Below are positions 27,685 to 41,279 of a stretch of DNA of 64,000 nucleotides, in pieces. Source of the stretch: Callorhinchus milii (taxonomy: Eukaryota); NCBI RefSeq assembly GCF_018977255.1, contig NW_024704743.1, forward strand, positions 18,044,001 to 18,108,000. The letters are read 5' to 3'. The notes beneath the pieces were generated by a model. That model worked only from the letters and a program-made list of their open reading frames with translations, made no database searches and had not been told where the DNA came from. The position numbers and the translations under genes were made by a program. Every line of letters starts with the position of its first letter. The stretch's first letter is position 1.

Positions 27685-29570
27685 TACGGGAGTTCCACGG
27701 TGGCCATGCTTATCTATTGACAGGCGTTTCACCTTTTTCACTAAAAGATGTAAAATGTAAGTTTGTAAATTTGCTGAATTTGTGGGAAAGTGCATTTTAT
27801 TCTCTCCTGGGCAGTAAACTTACCATCCTTGCTGGTGGTATGATTGATTCCCTGTTCAGGAAGATATTAAAAATCCCATGGCAGCATTTGAAAAGTGAAG
27901 GGAGTTTGGCCAGCAGGCTCCCAGATGAATCAGTTATTCACTTGCAGGATGTTTGTACTATGCACAAATTGGCTGTCACATTTGCCTACAAAATGCAAAG
28001 CAACTACATACCACTACATTTTACAGAAAGTACCTGTGAAAAGTTTTTAGATATGTCTACATTATAGGGACAGTATCAGATGCAAGGATCATTATTAAGG
28101 GAATAGAGGGGTAGAAGAGAGGGGTTTAGAAGGGATGGAGGCTTATGTGATGTATAAATGCCAATGAGTTGGTCTGAAAGGCCTGTTTCCCTGCTGTGAC
28201 ATTCTTTGTAATTGTTATGCATTCACCACAACTTTTGAATCTGCGAATCATCAATACAGCTTCATTGGCAATTAAATAAAATCTGAAGAGAGGAGTTTTG
28301 TTGGCTATTGTCTGTAATGTGGAGAACGGGAATTGTAGCTGTATGGCTGTGTTAACGCTAATAAAAAAAAAGAATCTTTGCAGTTCATAAACAGTAGTAC
28401 CTTTCATGTCAGGAGAATGTGAAAGGCATCAAAGACCTCAAAACATTTCACAGAATTTACTGTAAAGTGACTGTGCATTTTGTCCGTGAACACAGCAGCC
28501 AATTTATTCATAGCAATGTCCCACAAGCGGCCATGACATGAATGACCAATTAATCTGAGGGGTTGTTGGCTAAGTCATGGGGAAAAAATATCCTTTATGA
28601 ACTTTAAGATCCACCTGAACAGACAGATGGAACATCAGTTTAACTTCTTATCCAAAAGTCCTCAGATAGTATTAATACTTATGGCTAAAATCATAGGGGT
28701 GCTAGGATGATTTAAACTTAAATATTTATAATTTTTGATTAACATATGAATGAAAAAAAACATTTAGCATTGAACAAAAAAACTTTGCAATATTGTCTGA
28801 TGCATCATTGTTTAAGCAAACATGTCTGAGGTAAAATACACCATATTTTGGAATTCCCATTAAAAAATAAAATAATGCATAACATCAAAGAGACACCTTT
28901 GTACGAATGACATTAGTTTGTACTTTAAACATGTAAGTTAATTTAGGGAAAATGAGATTCTGCCTTCTAACTGTTTAGATAAATTTAAAAGTCACTCATG
29001 CAGGGAAGGGGTCCAACACCTACATATCACAGAGAGTGAATTATACATTAGCTGAATAATATTTGCCTCATGAGTGGCGAATCACCCCACAGTACTACAC
29101 ACCTTAATCAGGAAGCAGATCATCTAATCAAACTTGATGCGGTTCCTGCAGGCATTTTTATTGCCTTCCTACATTCAGTATTATTATTAATTAGCTGCGT
29201 GAAAGAAAATGATTCACTAAGTTGAGGTTAGCAGTGTACATGCATGATTCATTTATTAATTGGTCATTATCCTGATGCTGTACATGGACACTTCAGAATG
29301 GAAATTGACTTTGAGACTCAGTTGCATTGTCCGTGAGCTCATTCTGCCGACTAACTCGATTTCACAACTGTTTGTGGGACAACGAGACAAAGAGATAAAA
29401 ATAGAATTAGTGAGAGATCAGAATCGGCGTGTGACAGGCAAAATGAGACACAGTAAGATTGATAGATGGATATTGTCTGGAAGTTTAACAGCAGCAGCAA
29501 GTGAGACACAGAATTTAACTCACTGAGTACCTTTCCCAGATTGTTAAATGTTTTGGTTTTGTTTAGTTTA

Positions 29571-30191
29571 TAATAATAATAATAATCCTTGCATTTGATA
29601 TAGCGCCTTATCACGTCTTCAAAATGTCTCAAAGCGCTTCACGGAATTTACTGTAAAGTGAATTGGCTGTATAGTTTGTGGGTGAAACATGGCAGCCAAT
29701 TGCTCACAGCAGTGTCCCACAAACAGTCGTGGATTGAGTGACCAATTTATTATTATTATTTTTCTTTTGAAGGAATTATTACCTCCGGAAAAGCGATCGA
29801 CTAACAATCAGGTTCCTACTTATTGCTAGGTAAGAGGCGTGTGGATAAGGAAACTTGCCCAACATTTCGCTCTGCCAGGAATCGAACGCAGGTCTCTCAC
29901 TTGCGAGGCGAGTGCTCTAACCACTGAGCTATATATTATACAGTATAATAATAATAATAATCCTTGCATTTGATATAGCGCTTTTCACATATTCTAGACG
30001 TCTCAAAGCGCTTCACAGAATATACTGTAAAGTGAATTGACTGTATATTTGTGGGCGAACACGGCAGCCAATTGCGCACAGCAATGTCCCACAAACAGTC
30101 GTGGATTGAAAATGACCAATTATTATTGTTTTGTTTTGGAGGGATTATTATTAGGAGTGTGGAGTAAGGAAACTTGCCCAAGGTTTCGCCC
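29571..30191 (-). mobile_element. Tandem SINE pair: long subfamily 29571-29931 and short-bodied 29946-30191
   Basis: Two (AAT)n-tcctt-gcatttgata tails, each followed by a Deu-like core. Confidence 0.88.
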
Positions 30192-31947
30192 TAGAATACT
30201 AGACGCATGGCAATATTCATGGCTTATTCACCACTGTGAAAGACATAGACATTTATTACTTGGCCCAGTTTTCTCCTCGTATCCAACCCTTCTTGAAATA
30301 CAGTTTGTAAGGATTTAGTATGTATACAGTATGTTTAAACACCTGAATGAACAATTAATGTAAAGTACTGTAGTATAAAGATTTTTCATTAGGTACTTAG
30401 ATTCTGAGTATATAAAAATCTTGATCCAAACATAGCTCTCATTGGCAAATTGTGGTTTTGGAGTTTTAAACAGAGCAACAGCAAGTTTAAGATCACGCTC
30501 TCTAATACAAGTTTACAATTGAATGTGGAATTATTTACCTCTGCGCTTACTGTGCCTTGCCAAAACTTTCTCCCACACAAGAGAATTATGAAGTTAAGCA
30601 GTTATGATGTGAAGGAAGGAAATTAAAGAATGCACTCTTAACTTGGAAGCAAGAACCACTATTTTTCTACGATGACCTTTCATGAGGAGACCTGCAATCA
30701 CTTAAGCCAATTCTTTTTACAAAGCTGGGATAAGCCACAGGAACTTCATCTAACCGAGATTCTGCATCCTTGAGCATTGTATTTTATGACGTTAAAGGTG
30801 TTAATTCTGGGTTTGTGAGTGATGGGTTTGAGGTGTCAGGCTGCAATATTTGATAGGACATACTCAAAAAAAGGGAATTTCTCCCAATGTTCTGGCCAAC
30901 AATTTCTAGATAAAATTGTTCATTAACTTCATAGCTGTTTGTGGGATATTGCTCTTATCAAATTGTCTGTTGCATTCCCTTCCAAAATAATAGTCACTAC
31001 TCTATACAGTAAATCCTATGCAGCACTTGGAGACATCCTCCTGATATGAAATGCACTGTATCAAATGCAAAGATGATTAAATCAATCCCACCCTTTGGCA
31101 TTTTTTCAACAATTTCATTTGTGAAGTGTTGGTAATAATCAGTTTTCTCTTTCAGCAACTTCCACAGACACCACATTATTTCTTTATTGCTGAACATCTG
31201 CCTTACCCTTTGGTTGCTTAAATATTCCTAAACCTAATTCCCGTCTGTTTCTAATGGATGTTAAAATACTACTGTATTTGAAAGGCGAAGGCAGTTTCTC
31301 GTAGTGTCTTGGCCAACAATTTCCCAGATAAAATTGGTCATTCGCTTCATGACTGTTTGTGGAACTATCCTGCAGCACAACCAGTCTGGCTCATTGGCAG
31401 GGCTTGGAAGGGCAGACCGATCACTGGGGACAGGGAATCCTTCCACTCAGCTCCTGTTAACTCCGCAAGCCAAAGCCCTAATGGGTAGGGTGGTTCTAGT
31501 TGGACAAGCAGCGGGAAAGCTTGCCGGACAACAATATCAATGGCAAGCTATGTAGCTTTAGCTGGCTAGACTCTATTCGTACCTCAACACACACACTCTG
31601 AGGTCCCCATGACTTGGCTCCTGCCAACCTGCGCCTAATTCTTTCCAGAATTAGGTAAGCAGGATGTGTCCTTCCAGGGAGAGAGTGCGCATTCCATTCC
31701 AACAATCTATCTCTGGGATTTCCATGTGGAGGTGGGATGCCTGGAAAACCCAGTTTGATTTGGACACTCTTAAGTATGGTGATGGGTTTCCGCATTTGTG
31801 TCAGACACTCGGCTGACCAAAAAAAAATGATTTTGACATTCGCCTACAAATGCACTTTATAGGAAAATCCTGTGAAGTACTTTGAAATGATACAAAAGTA
31901 CTTTGACAACATGATATTATGTCATATCAAATTCTAGGATTATTATA

Positions 31948-32124
31948 CAGTAAACTCCTGATAACTTGACCCTGGCTTAACTTGTCACTACGACTTAAGT
32001 AATCAAACTGTCAATATCCCAGCCACATTTATTTATGTATTTATACATATGCCTAATTTATTATTTCAGATAACTCTCCATTGAGCCCTTTTCCCTTGGA
32101 GTGACGAGTTATCAAGAGTTTTTG
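31948..32124. mobile_element. Second copy of the same MITE
   Basis: TA-CAGTAAACTCCTGATAACT...AGTTATCAAGAGTTTTTG; interior alignable to 13604-13781. Confidence 0.75.
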
Positions 32125-35100
32125 CAATTATTATTTGAGGATAGGCTTTGCACTTTGCTTCAAAAACAAAATAGTAGTTGAAAAACTGCAGCAAAACATA
32201 ACTAATTGAGAGGAGGGCTCTTACATTATATCTGCAACAAATACATTTTTCACGATCTGTTCCAGTGTAATAAGACGGAACAGTTTCTATTACACTTAGT
32301 TTTACACTGTGCTTTCAACAAAATCGGAACAGACAAGCACCATTCAAGGCACCAATCTTGAGTTAATGGGGTCTTTGCTGGTAGACTGATGGGATAGTTC
32401 ACACTTCACAGCCAGTATCAATACTTCTATTTGTCAATTTTGATCTTACAGCTATTTCTTAACAAATATATCTGAAGAGACAGTTTTATCAGCCACCCAA
32501 AATAGGTTTTGCCTTCTTCTATACATAAGCGTTGTTTGGACTGACTAGATGTTTTTCAAAATAATTCTACATCTAATAGCATAGGAACAAGAATAGGAAA
32601 AGGCTTGTTCTGTCATTTTATTAGATTACTGGAGATCTTTTAATCTCATTTTCCTACCTGTTCCAAATTCCTCAATGCCCTGACTTCCCTTAAATTGTTT
32701 GTAATGCTGTAATATTAATATTTATTTAATGCCAGTAATAGTTTTCAATGAAGATTCATTAAAATTATAATAGCAATGGTAATACACAAAACCCATTTAG
32801 AATATAAGAAAGCGTGCAATGAGAAAAAGACATTTGGTCCATCAATCCCACTTTCAAGGAGCATGCAAAGGCTACCTTACTGTGAGCTTGTGTGTCAGTT
32901 TGACTTAGTGGTAGCACTCTCGTCTCTGAGTCAGAATGTTGTAGGTTTGTATCCCACATCGAGCCATGAACTCACAGCTTCATGGCTGTTTGTGGGACAT
33001 TGCTGTGTGCAATTGTGCTGACGCATTTGCCTCCAAATACACAAACACTCCTTTCACAGTAATCCTGTGAAGCACTTTGAGACGTCCTTCTGACCTGATA
33101 AGGCGCTAATTCAAATGTAAGGATTATTATTATTATTATTATTATTGTTATTATTATTATCTCCACCCACTCAGCCTCCTGAGGGAATGTTTTGCGTACG
33201 TATATGGTGAGAATGCTACCAAACGAGCTTGGCCAACATCTGAATAGGAAATTACTGTATGTAATGATAATAATAATCTTGACATTCAATGCTGGCTCTG
33301 AACAATTGCAACATGTTGTAGACATCACAACAGTTGAAAGTTCACTTTCCCGAGTGCACTGATACCACAACAGGATAAATTAATATGGATTGCTGTATTT
33401 GCATGCCACTTTACCAATATAAGTATGTCAGTCTAAGTCAATATATCTAAAATAACTCGGTATATCTGCTGCATGTAAAGGCTGGCTGTGAACTACAAAC
33501 TGTTGTGTCAATTTATACTAATTATTAGTCTGAGATTTCTACTTGATAAAACGAGGTCTGATGAATAAACTCATTTCTACTTTGTCAAAATTCATTAAAA
33601 GGCAATCATTTTAATCGCTTTCATTGTTTTGCTTACTGTAATATATACCAATATCCTACACATTTGTCTATTCTGGAAACTGATGTAAATCTCTCACAGA
33701 ATTACATCTTTTCAAGCAGGCACGACTGTGTTCTTTCTTCACAACATGACCAGTGTAGAAAGATATTCATTGCAAAATAGCCTCTGGTGATTTTATTCTG
33801 ATGGAACAAAGATGTAAGAGCTTCTTGACTTATGGGATCAAAGTCAAAGACATTTCCTTGTCTAATTGTAACTTGGTTATCCAAAAATGATCCGAGAATG
33901 TAGCACAAAGCTGTCCTGAGAATCCACGCCAATTCAGTCATCAATACGCAGATTAGAAATACCATTAATTGAAATGCACTTCCACATTTGGGATTCACAT
34001 TCAAGCGCTCTGGGACACTACTCTGCACATGGGGTGCTCTGTAAATGCAAGTTGTTGTTGACTAAACGTCATTATTAAGACAACAAAATTGATCTGTACC
34101 TTAACTACTTTCATTGAATTAAAAAAAATTGCTGCATTGGTTTTCTTAAAACATGCATTACGTGCAGAATCATTAGCATGATAGTGATGCCTTGTTCAGC
34201 ATTAGTTAAGCAGAGAAACATGCAGAATTTTTTTAAAGCACAATTTTCTGTTATGAATGTTGTACTCACCAGTGTTGTTACTGCTGGGAAACTGAACACT
34301 TTCTCATTTTGGAAAATTAGAGTCAAAATCAAGAATCCCTAGGTCAGAGGTAGCAGGAGCACAATTAAAAGCGGACCACACCAGGATGACATTTTCCCAA
34401 CTCCACATGACCATCCAGCATTCTCTGAATGAGAATGAAGTGTTGATTAATGCAACATCCATTAAAAAAACTATGTTAAGACTGCTGGAACTCATGTCAC
34501 ATAGAACAGTATATAAGCTACAGGAGATAACTGAGGCGAAAGACAGTCTCATATTGCTGTTTCATAAAATAATTAAAAATAGCCTCAAATATCAAATGAC
34601 ATCGCCATATTTAAACACCAGGAAAATTCTACTGTATCAATTTCAACCACTTATATGCTGAGTTATTTATCTGAGCAGTAAAGCACATGGTTTAATGACC
34701 TTGAAATGAAAGAATTGTGGTACAACCTATAAAGGACAGTAATAGCTAATTCCATAATTTAGAATTACCAACCATATCATACAAAATAACACAATTTGGA
34801 ATCCGGTTCTTCTTAAGAACTGCAGTAAACCAACTTGCAGTACCTTTTGCAGTAATCAAACTAAGCTTGGATTAAAGAATTTTTCACAATTCTGCACAGT
34901 CTTAAATTTTAGAACAAAATCACCTTACAAGTTAAGACCAGGCTGAATTTTAGGTTTAGTTTATTTGAATTTTCTGCTTGCATTAATTAAACTTAAGTTT
35001 CTTGAAGCCTTCACTTTATGAGAAATATTAACATTCCATTCAATGCTCAGAAAAGTTCCAATCAAGATCCACACTTTGCTTTCAGCTGTTCATCAGAAAC

Positions 35101-35218
35101 TAGAGCAACAAAATACCAGAACAGAATGCAAATCAGATGACAAGAAAATAATGGATGAAGATAGCATTTAGCTCAGTTGAACATATTGTTCCAGAATTCA
35201 CTGAGTATGTGTGTGTTA

Positions 35219-35585
35219 TAATCATAATAACCCTTGCATTTGACATAGCACCTTATCACATCTTTGAGATGTCTCAAAGTGCTTCACAGAATATACTGTA
35301 AAGTAAATTGACTATATATTTTGTGGGTGAAATGTGATGGCCAATTGTGCACAGCAGTGTCCCACAAACAGTTGTGGATCGAGTGACCAAATTATTATTA
35401 CTACTTTTTTAAGGGATTATTACCCCCGGAAAAGGGATCTGCCAATCGACAAACAACTGGATTCCTATTTACTGCTAGGTAAACAGAAGCGTGTGGAGTA
35501 AGGAAACTTGCCCAACATTTCGCCCTGCTGGGAATCAAACCCAGGTCCTCTCGTTTGAGAGGCGAGTGCTCTAACCACCAAGCTA
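35219..35585 (-). mobile_element. SINE, long subfamily
   Basis: Complete head-to-tail match to the long subfamily. Confidence 0.85.
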
Positions 35586-36674
35586 TTGTATATCACACAC
35601 ACAAAGTACAGTGTTATACTGTGTGTGTGTGATACAGTGTGTATGGATGTGTGTGTGTGTGTGTGTTTGTGAGCGCACAGCACGGTGTCATCCTGGGAGG
35701 CAGCCGAGCTCCGTTGATAGTGCTTTCACCTCTGAATCATACAGTTATGGGTTCAGGCCTCCACGTAGGGCCTTCAGACTTCCTACCACCATCTCTTGGA
35801 ACTCCATCCAACAGTTCCTTCGCCTCGCACCTCCCTTGCCTTCTTCAAGCCTTCAAGGCCTGTCTCAAAACTTCCTCTTCAACCGTACCTGCAGTCTCCC
35901 TCTTACACACACCCTACCTACACCTTAGGTCATCTTCCCACCACCACCAACCCTCTAGATTCCAACCCACAGCTCGCATTCAAACCCTTGACTCTCCAGC
36001 TCCTTGGAATGTCCTCCTGACGTAAAAGGTGCTATATAAATGTAATTTGTTATTGTATTGGAATTAACCCTCGTTTTCATTCCAGGACTACAAGAATATT
36101 CCAAACCCGCTCAGTTATTTAATATACTACCAGCACTGGAAGTTACAGCTAAGCTGTTTCTATGCAATGATAAGAGTCACAGCTAATTAGCTTTGATACA
36201 TAAATACAGCAACAAATAACTTACCTGGCAATAATTATATAGCAACTGAGTGCCCAAATATTTTACATTATTTGGTGCAAACAACCCACTTCAAGGAATA
36301 CAGACTATATTAAGGTTCTAAATGAGAAAGCAGTTAAATCATTGAACAGCATTCAAGTTTAAAAGGTACTCAGCCTGTACTCATGCAAAGGCAGGCTAGA
36401 CTTGTTTTCTGATGTGCTCTGTTTGGTTTTTCTTTACTCTGGAGTTATTTCGATTGAAGAAAGCTTTGAATTGTAATTTCTTAAACTTTATTCTGGCCCA
36501 TCCAATGTCAGAAACTATCCCTCGAGCTTAACAAACGTGGGACTGAAATCAACAGCAATTACACCTCATCCATGCATTTATTAGGGATGACTTAACAGAG
36601 TCAGGCTCCGCCACTATTAAGCGCTCTGAGACACTACTCTGAGTGGAGGGCGCTATATAAGTGCAAGTTGTTGT

Positions 36675-37236
36675 TGTTAAGGAAAAACCTTTTTTCAAGT
36701 TCCAATCAAACACAGCCACTGTTTGCAACCAGCATGGTGTTTATTAAACTCCAGGATCCTTCCAAGTTCCCGATGGGCGTGGGCAAGTAAGCACAATCAA
36801 TCAATTCATCAACAGAACAATACTACCGCGTAATCCCTCCTCGTGGTTGTCTACTTCTGCCTTCTAGCTCTCAGTCTTCCATCATCGGTAGGTACTGTCC
36901 TGGGCGCGCCGATCTTGGTCTGGCACGGTGTCTTAAGCTTCTGTCCATCCGTGGTGCGGACATTAGATCACCTGGCCAAAATCATGCTGGGTTCAAGTGA
37001 ACATCTCATGGAGTGTACGTGCCTCACACACACAAACACACTGTCCTTGAGACAGTCCGTTATCTTGTGTACTTGCAGGGCAGTAGTACACATCTTATCC
37101 TTGAGACACTCACGTGATCCTGGGAAACTCATGAGTTTCAGTCCAGTTGCCCCCCCCCAACACTTAACTTAAAAGTTAACCCGTTCGCAACATCTATTAT
37201 GATTCTAACAGTATACAAAAAGTGTAAATTCTAACA
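36675..37236 (-). mobile_element. Solo LTR, 562 bp
   Basis: Ends TGTTA...TAACA with TTGT on both sides (4-bp TSD, inside an L2 (TTG)n tail). AATAAA on - at 36740-36745 near the end. CpGs retained. Confidence 0.7.
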
Positions 37237-37329
37237 TTGTTGTTATTCCCAGATTTGGAGTGACGAGTTATCAGGAGTTTTTGCAATTATTATTTGAGGA
37301 TAGGCTTTGCACTTTGCTCGAAGACCACC

Positions 37330-37800
37330 CAGTTCTTTCGTTACACAAGTTGCAGATTATCCAGATCTCTGCAGACCATGTCCTTTCCCACACCAGCCTC
37401 TGCAAGCCTATCAACTCTATCTATCTCTCCGTTCCTCCAGTGACTGAGTTCAAGATCCTCGTTATTAAAGTTAAATCCCTCCATGGTCTTGCCCCACTCT
37501 ACCTTTGCAAAACCCTCAAACCATACCAACCCAGCCACTCACCTGCTTCATGCTCTCCTTCCTATCCACTCCATCATTGGCAGATGGACTTTTACCCTAT
37601 CTGCTCCAGCTCACTGAAATTCCATCCCAGAGTACCTTGAACTCATTCCCTACCTCACCTCATTCAAGGTCTATCTCAAAACCTATTATTAGTCGTCTTT
37701 TTCCTCCCCACGCCCCCAGCATGGGAGCCAAGCCAGGATTGTTAAATCTTGGGATATCCTCCCGACATGAAAAGTGCTACATAAATGTGAATTTGTATTG
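37330..37800 (+). mobile_element. Old L2 3' fragment
   Basis: SLHKLQIIQ, EFKILVIKVKSLHGLAPLYL; tail ttgggatatcctcccgacatgaaaagtgct. Confidence 0.7.
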
Positions 37801-38319
37801 TAATTTGTACTGCATTGAAAGAAGTATCTCTTCCAGGAATTCAAGCTTGTTGTTGAACAGACATCCGTGTGCAAATACTGGGTGTTTTAATTTATAGTAA
37901 AGAGGAACTCCTACCATTGGAGTAATTTATCACTATAATATTAGTACTTGTTTCCACAGGAGAACTGCATAAGCTAAAATAACTGGTAAACCAAGGAAAA
38001 TAAAACCTTCATTGAACTTGCTGGTAGTCTAATGAGTTAATTTTTTTATACAACTTGAGCATTTGGTGAATCAGCAATAAAATGAAAGATCGAGACTAAA
38101 GGTTGAAGATACAAAACTAAAATAAACAGTCCTTGGGTTATCTTTAACAGAGGTGACTGACACACCAAATATATGCTACCTTATTTGCACTAAAGTTTGA
38201 ACCAGGAAAATGAGTAGGAGTATTTTGAGTAAAACATTTAAAGTGACTTGTTACAGATATACTTCTTCATTGAAATAAATATGTGTCTAAACACATAACA
38301 TAATCAACTACTGAAACCA

Positions 38320-38520
38320 TGTGGTTGTAAACTAGTGAAACCAGCTGGCTGTATGTGGGTGTAACCTAGTGTAACTGTAAACTAGTGAAACCATCTGGCT
38401 GTATGTGGGTGTAACCTAGTGTAACTGTAAACTAGTGAAACCATCTGGCTGTATGTGGGTGTAAACTAGTGTAAATAACTGGCTGTATGTGACGATAAGC
38501 TGATGTAACCATCTGGTTGA
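38320..38520. repeat. Minisatellite (aaccagctggctgtatgtg...gtaaactagtgt units); recurs at 39820-39970 and 41117-41160
   Basis: Direct inspection. Confidence 0.85.
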
Positions 38521-38549
38521 AAGCGATTTTAAAGCGTTCCCATCCCTTT

Positions 38550-39820
38550 AAAAATGGCTGTCATTACAACTATTAAAAAACCCTCCCTGGACCCATTCCT
38601 GCTATCAAACTACCGCCCCATCTCCAACCTCCCTTTACTCTCCAAGGTCCTTGGACTGAGTCGTTGCTTCCCAGATTCGCTCCTTCCTCTCCTGCCACTC
38701 GCTTCACGAACCCCTCCTATCAGGTTTTCGTGCTGTGCAGAGCACAGAAACAGCTCTGGTCAAAGTGACAAATGACATTCTGTCCATCTGTGACCTGCCT
38801 CCTCATCCTCCTTGACCTCTCTGCTGCCTTCGACGACACCAACAACAAAATTACACTTGTATAATGACGTTCACATTGGGAGGATGTCCCAAGGTGCTGA
38901 CCACTCTATTCTCATCCACTGCCTCTCCTCTCACCTCACCTCAACCTTCACGGTTCTGTCCTTGACTGGTTCAGATCTTACCTCTCACACTGTCTCCACT
39001 TCATCTCCACAAGTGGCTTCTCCTCTAGCCCCCACACCATCTTGTGCAGTGTTCCTCAGAGCTCTGTCCTTGGTCCCCTGCTCTTCAACATCTATATGCT
39101 CCCTCTTGGTGACATCATCCGACCATCCATGGACGCGCACTCCATCTCACCAAGCCAGTACGGGCCCTTGGCGTCTTGTTTGACCCTCAACTATCCTTTC
39201 TGCTCCACATCTATGCCATAACCTGTTCTGCCTTCCTCCACCTCCGCAACATTGCCCGGCTCCGGCACTGTCTCACACCGCAGGCCACCGAAACCCTCAC
39301 ACACGCATTCATAACAACCAGGCTCGACTATTCAAACTCCTTGCTTATCGGCCTCACCAACTCCTCCCTCCATAGGCTGCAGATCATCCAGTACTCTGCA
39401 CTCCATATCCTCTCCTGCACCAGGCTCCGTGACCCTATCACCCCATCCTCGCCTGACTCCACTGGCTGCGCATCACATAGAGGATACAGTTCAAGTTCCT
39501 GGTCCTCACCTTCAAAGCCCTCCATGGTCTTGCTCCCCCCACCTCTGTGACCTCCTAACCCCCTACCGTCCTGCCCGCTCCTTGCGCTCAGAGAGCTCCG
39601 GCCTGCTTCAAGTCTCGTACCTTGCCCACTCCACCATTTGCGGGCGGGCCTTCAGCCACTCTGCCCCACCCGCCTTGCCCCCTCCCTTACCTCCTTCACC
39701 CCCTGCCCTCCACCCTCCCCAACCCCAACCCCCAGTTTGAGTCCGAAACACTGACTGTCCATCGCCTTGGGTTGTCCTCCTGATGTGAAAGATGCTATAC
39801 AAATATAATGTTGTTGTTGT
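38550..39820 (+). mobile_element. Internally deleted L2 carrying an inverted L2-tail insert (copy A)
   Basis: KKPSLDP...NYRPISNLP, LDLSAAFD, RLDYSNSLL; inverted tail fragment ~38839-38900; (TTG)n tail. Confidence 0.85.
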
Positions 39821-39989
39821 AACCAGCTGGCTGTATGTGACTGTAAACTAGTGTAACCAGCTGGCTGTATGTGACTGTAAACTAGTGTAACTGGCTGGCT
39901 GTATGTGATTGTAAACTAACATAACCAGTTGACTGTATATGACTGTAAACTAGTGTAACCAGTTGGTTGTAAAACATTTTTAAAGGGTG

Positions 39990-41115
39990 CCATCCCTATC
40001 CTTAAAAAAATCCCTCCCTGGACCCATTTCTGCTCTCAAACTACCGCCCCATCTCCAACCTCCCTTTCCTCTACAAGGTCTTGGAACGAGTCATTGCTTC
40101 TCAGCTTCGCTCCTTCCTCTCCCGCCACTCCCTTCACGAACCCCTCCAATCGGGTCTCCTTGTCGCCCACAGCACAGAAACAGCTCCGGTCAAAGTGACA
40201 AATGACATTCTGTCCATCTGCGACCAGGGCTCCCTCCGCCTCCTCATACTCCTTGACCTCTCTGCTGCTTTCGACACCGTTGACAGCAACAACAAAATTA
40301 CATTTGTATAGTGCCTTTCACGTCGGGAAGATGTCCCAAGGCGCTGATCACTCTATCTTCATCCACCGCCTCTCCTCTCATCTCAACCTTCGCGGTTCTG
40401 CCCTTGACTTGTTCAGATTGTACCTCTCACACCGCCTCCACATCATCTCCACAAACGGTTTCTCCTCTAGCCTTCGCACCGGAAATCCATCGCGCAATTC
40501 CACCGCTTTGCCCCCTCCCTTGCTTCCTTGAAGACCCATCTCAAGACCCTCCTCTTTGACCGTGCCTTCGATCACCCTCCTTCACCCCCTGCCCCCTGGA
40601 TGGCCTTGCCCCCTCCTACCTCTCTGACCTGCTGACTCCCTACCAACCTTGCCCGCTCCCTCCTTTCAGCGAGCGCCGGTCTGCTCCATGTCTCCCGCCC
40701 GACCTGCCCTACCATCATGGCCCGGCTTTCAACTTCTCTGCCCCCACACTCTGGAACTCCATCCCACGGTCCCTTCGCCTCGCTGCCTCCCTCGCCTCTT
40801 TAAAGGCCGGTCTCAAGACCCTCCTCTTCGACCGTGCCTTCGGTCACCCTCCCACCTCTCCGCCTTCCCTCACCCCTACACCACCCCTCCCCCATGCTCG
40901 GGTCCCGACCCCTGACTGTCCAGGGCCTTGGGACGTCCTCCCGACGTGAAAGGTGCTCTATAAATGTAATTTTATTGTTGTTGTTGCCCTCCACCCTCCC
41001 CAATCCCAAACCCCCAGCTCGGGTCCGAAGCTCTGACTGTCCAGCGCCTTGGGACGTCCTCCCGACGTGAAAGATGCTACACAAATGTAATTCTGTTGTT
41101 GTTGTTGTTGTTGCT
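39990..41115 (+). mobile_element. Rearranged L2 with the same inverted tail insert (copy B) and a doubled 3' tail
   Basis: NYRPISNLPF, HSTETAPVKVTNDIL, LDLSAAFDTVD; insert ~40287-40346; tails end ~40986 and ~41115. Confidence 0.85.
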
Positions 41116-41184
41116 GTAACCAGTTGGCTGCAGGTGACTGTGCACCAGTGTAACCAACTGGTAAGTGTGGGGGGGGGGGGGGGG

Positions 41185-41270
41185 GGAGCCTCGCGAGAGG
41201 AGGGTGATTGACAGGTGCTGAGCTGACACGGCGGCTGTGAGTGTGTGTCAGACTGTGGCTGTGGGTGAGT
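41185..41270 (+). promoter_or_regulatory. Candidate PTER promoter and non-coding first exon
   Basis: CCTCGCGAGA (BANP/ZBTB33-type motif) 41189-41198, TGATTGACAG (PBX-PKNOX decamer) 41205-41214, GTGAGT donors at 41237 and 41265. The ATG exon has a splice acceptor, so an upstream exon is required. Confidence 0.5.
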
Positions 41271-41279
41271 GTGTCTCTG

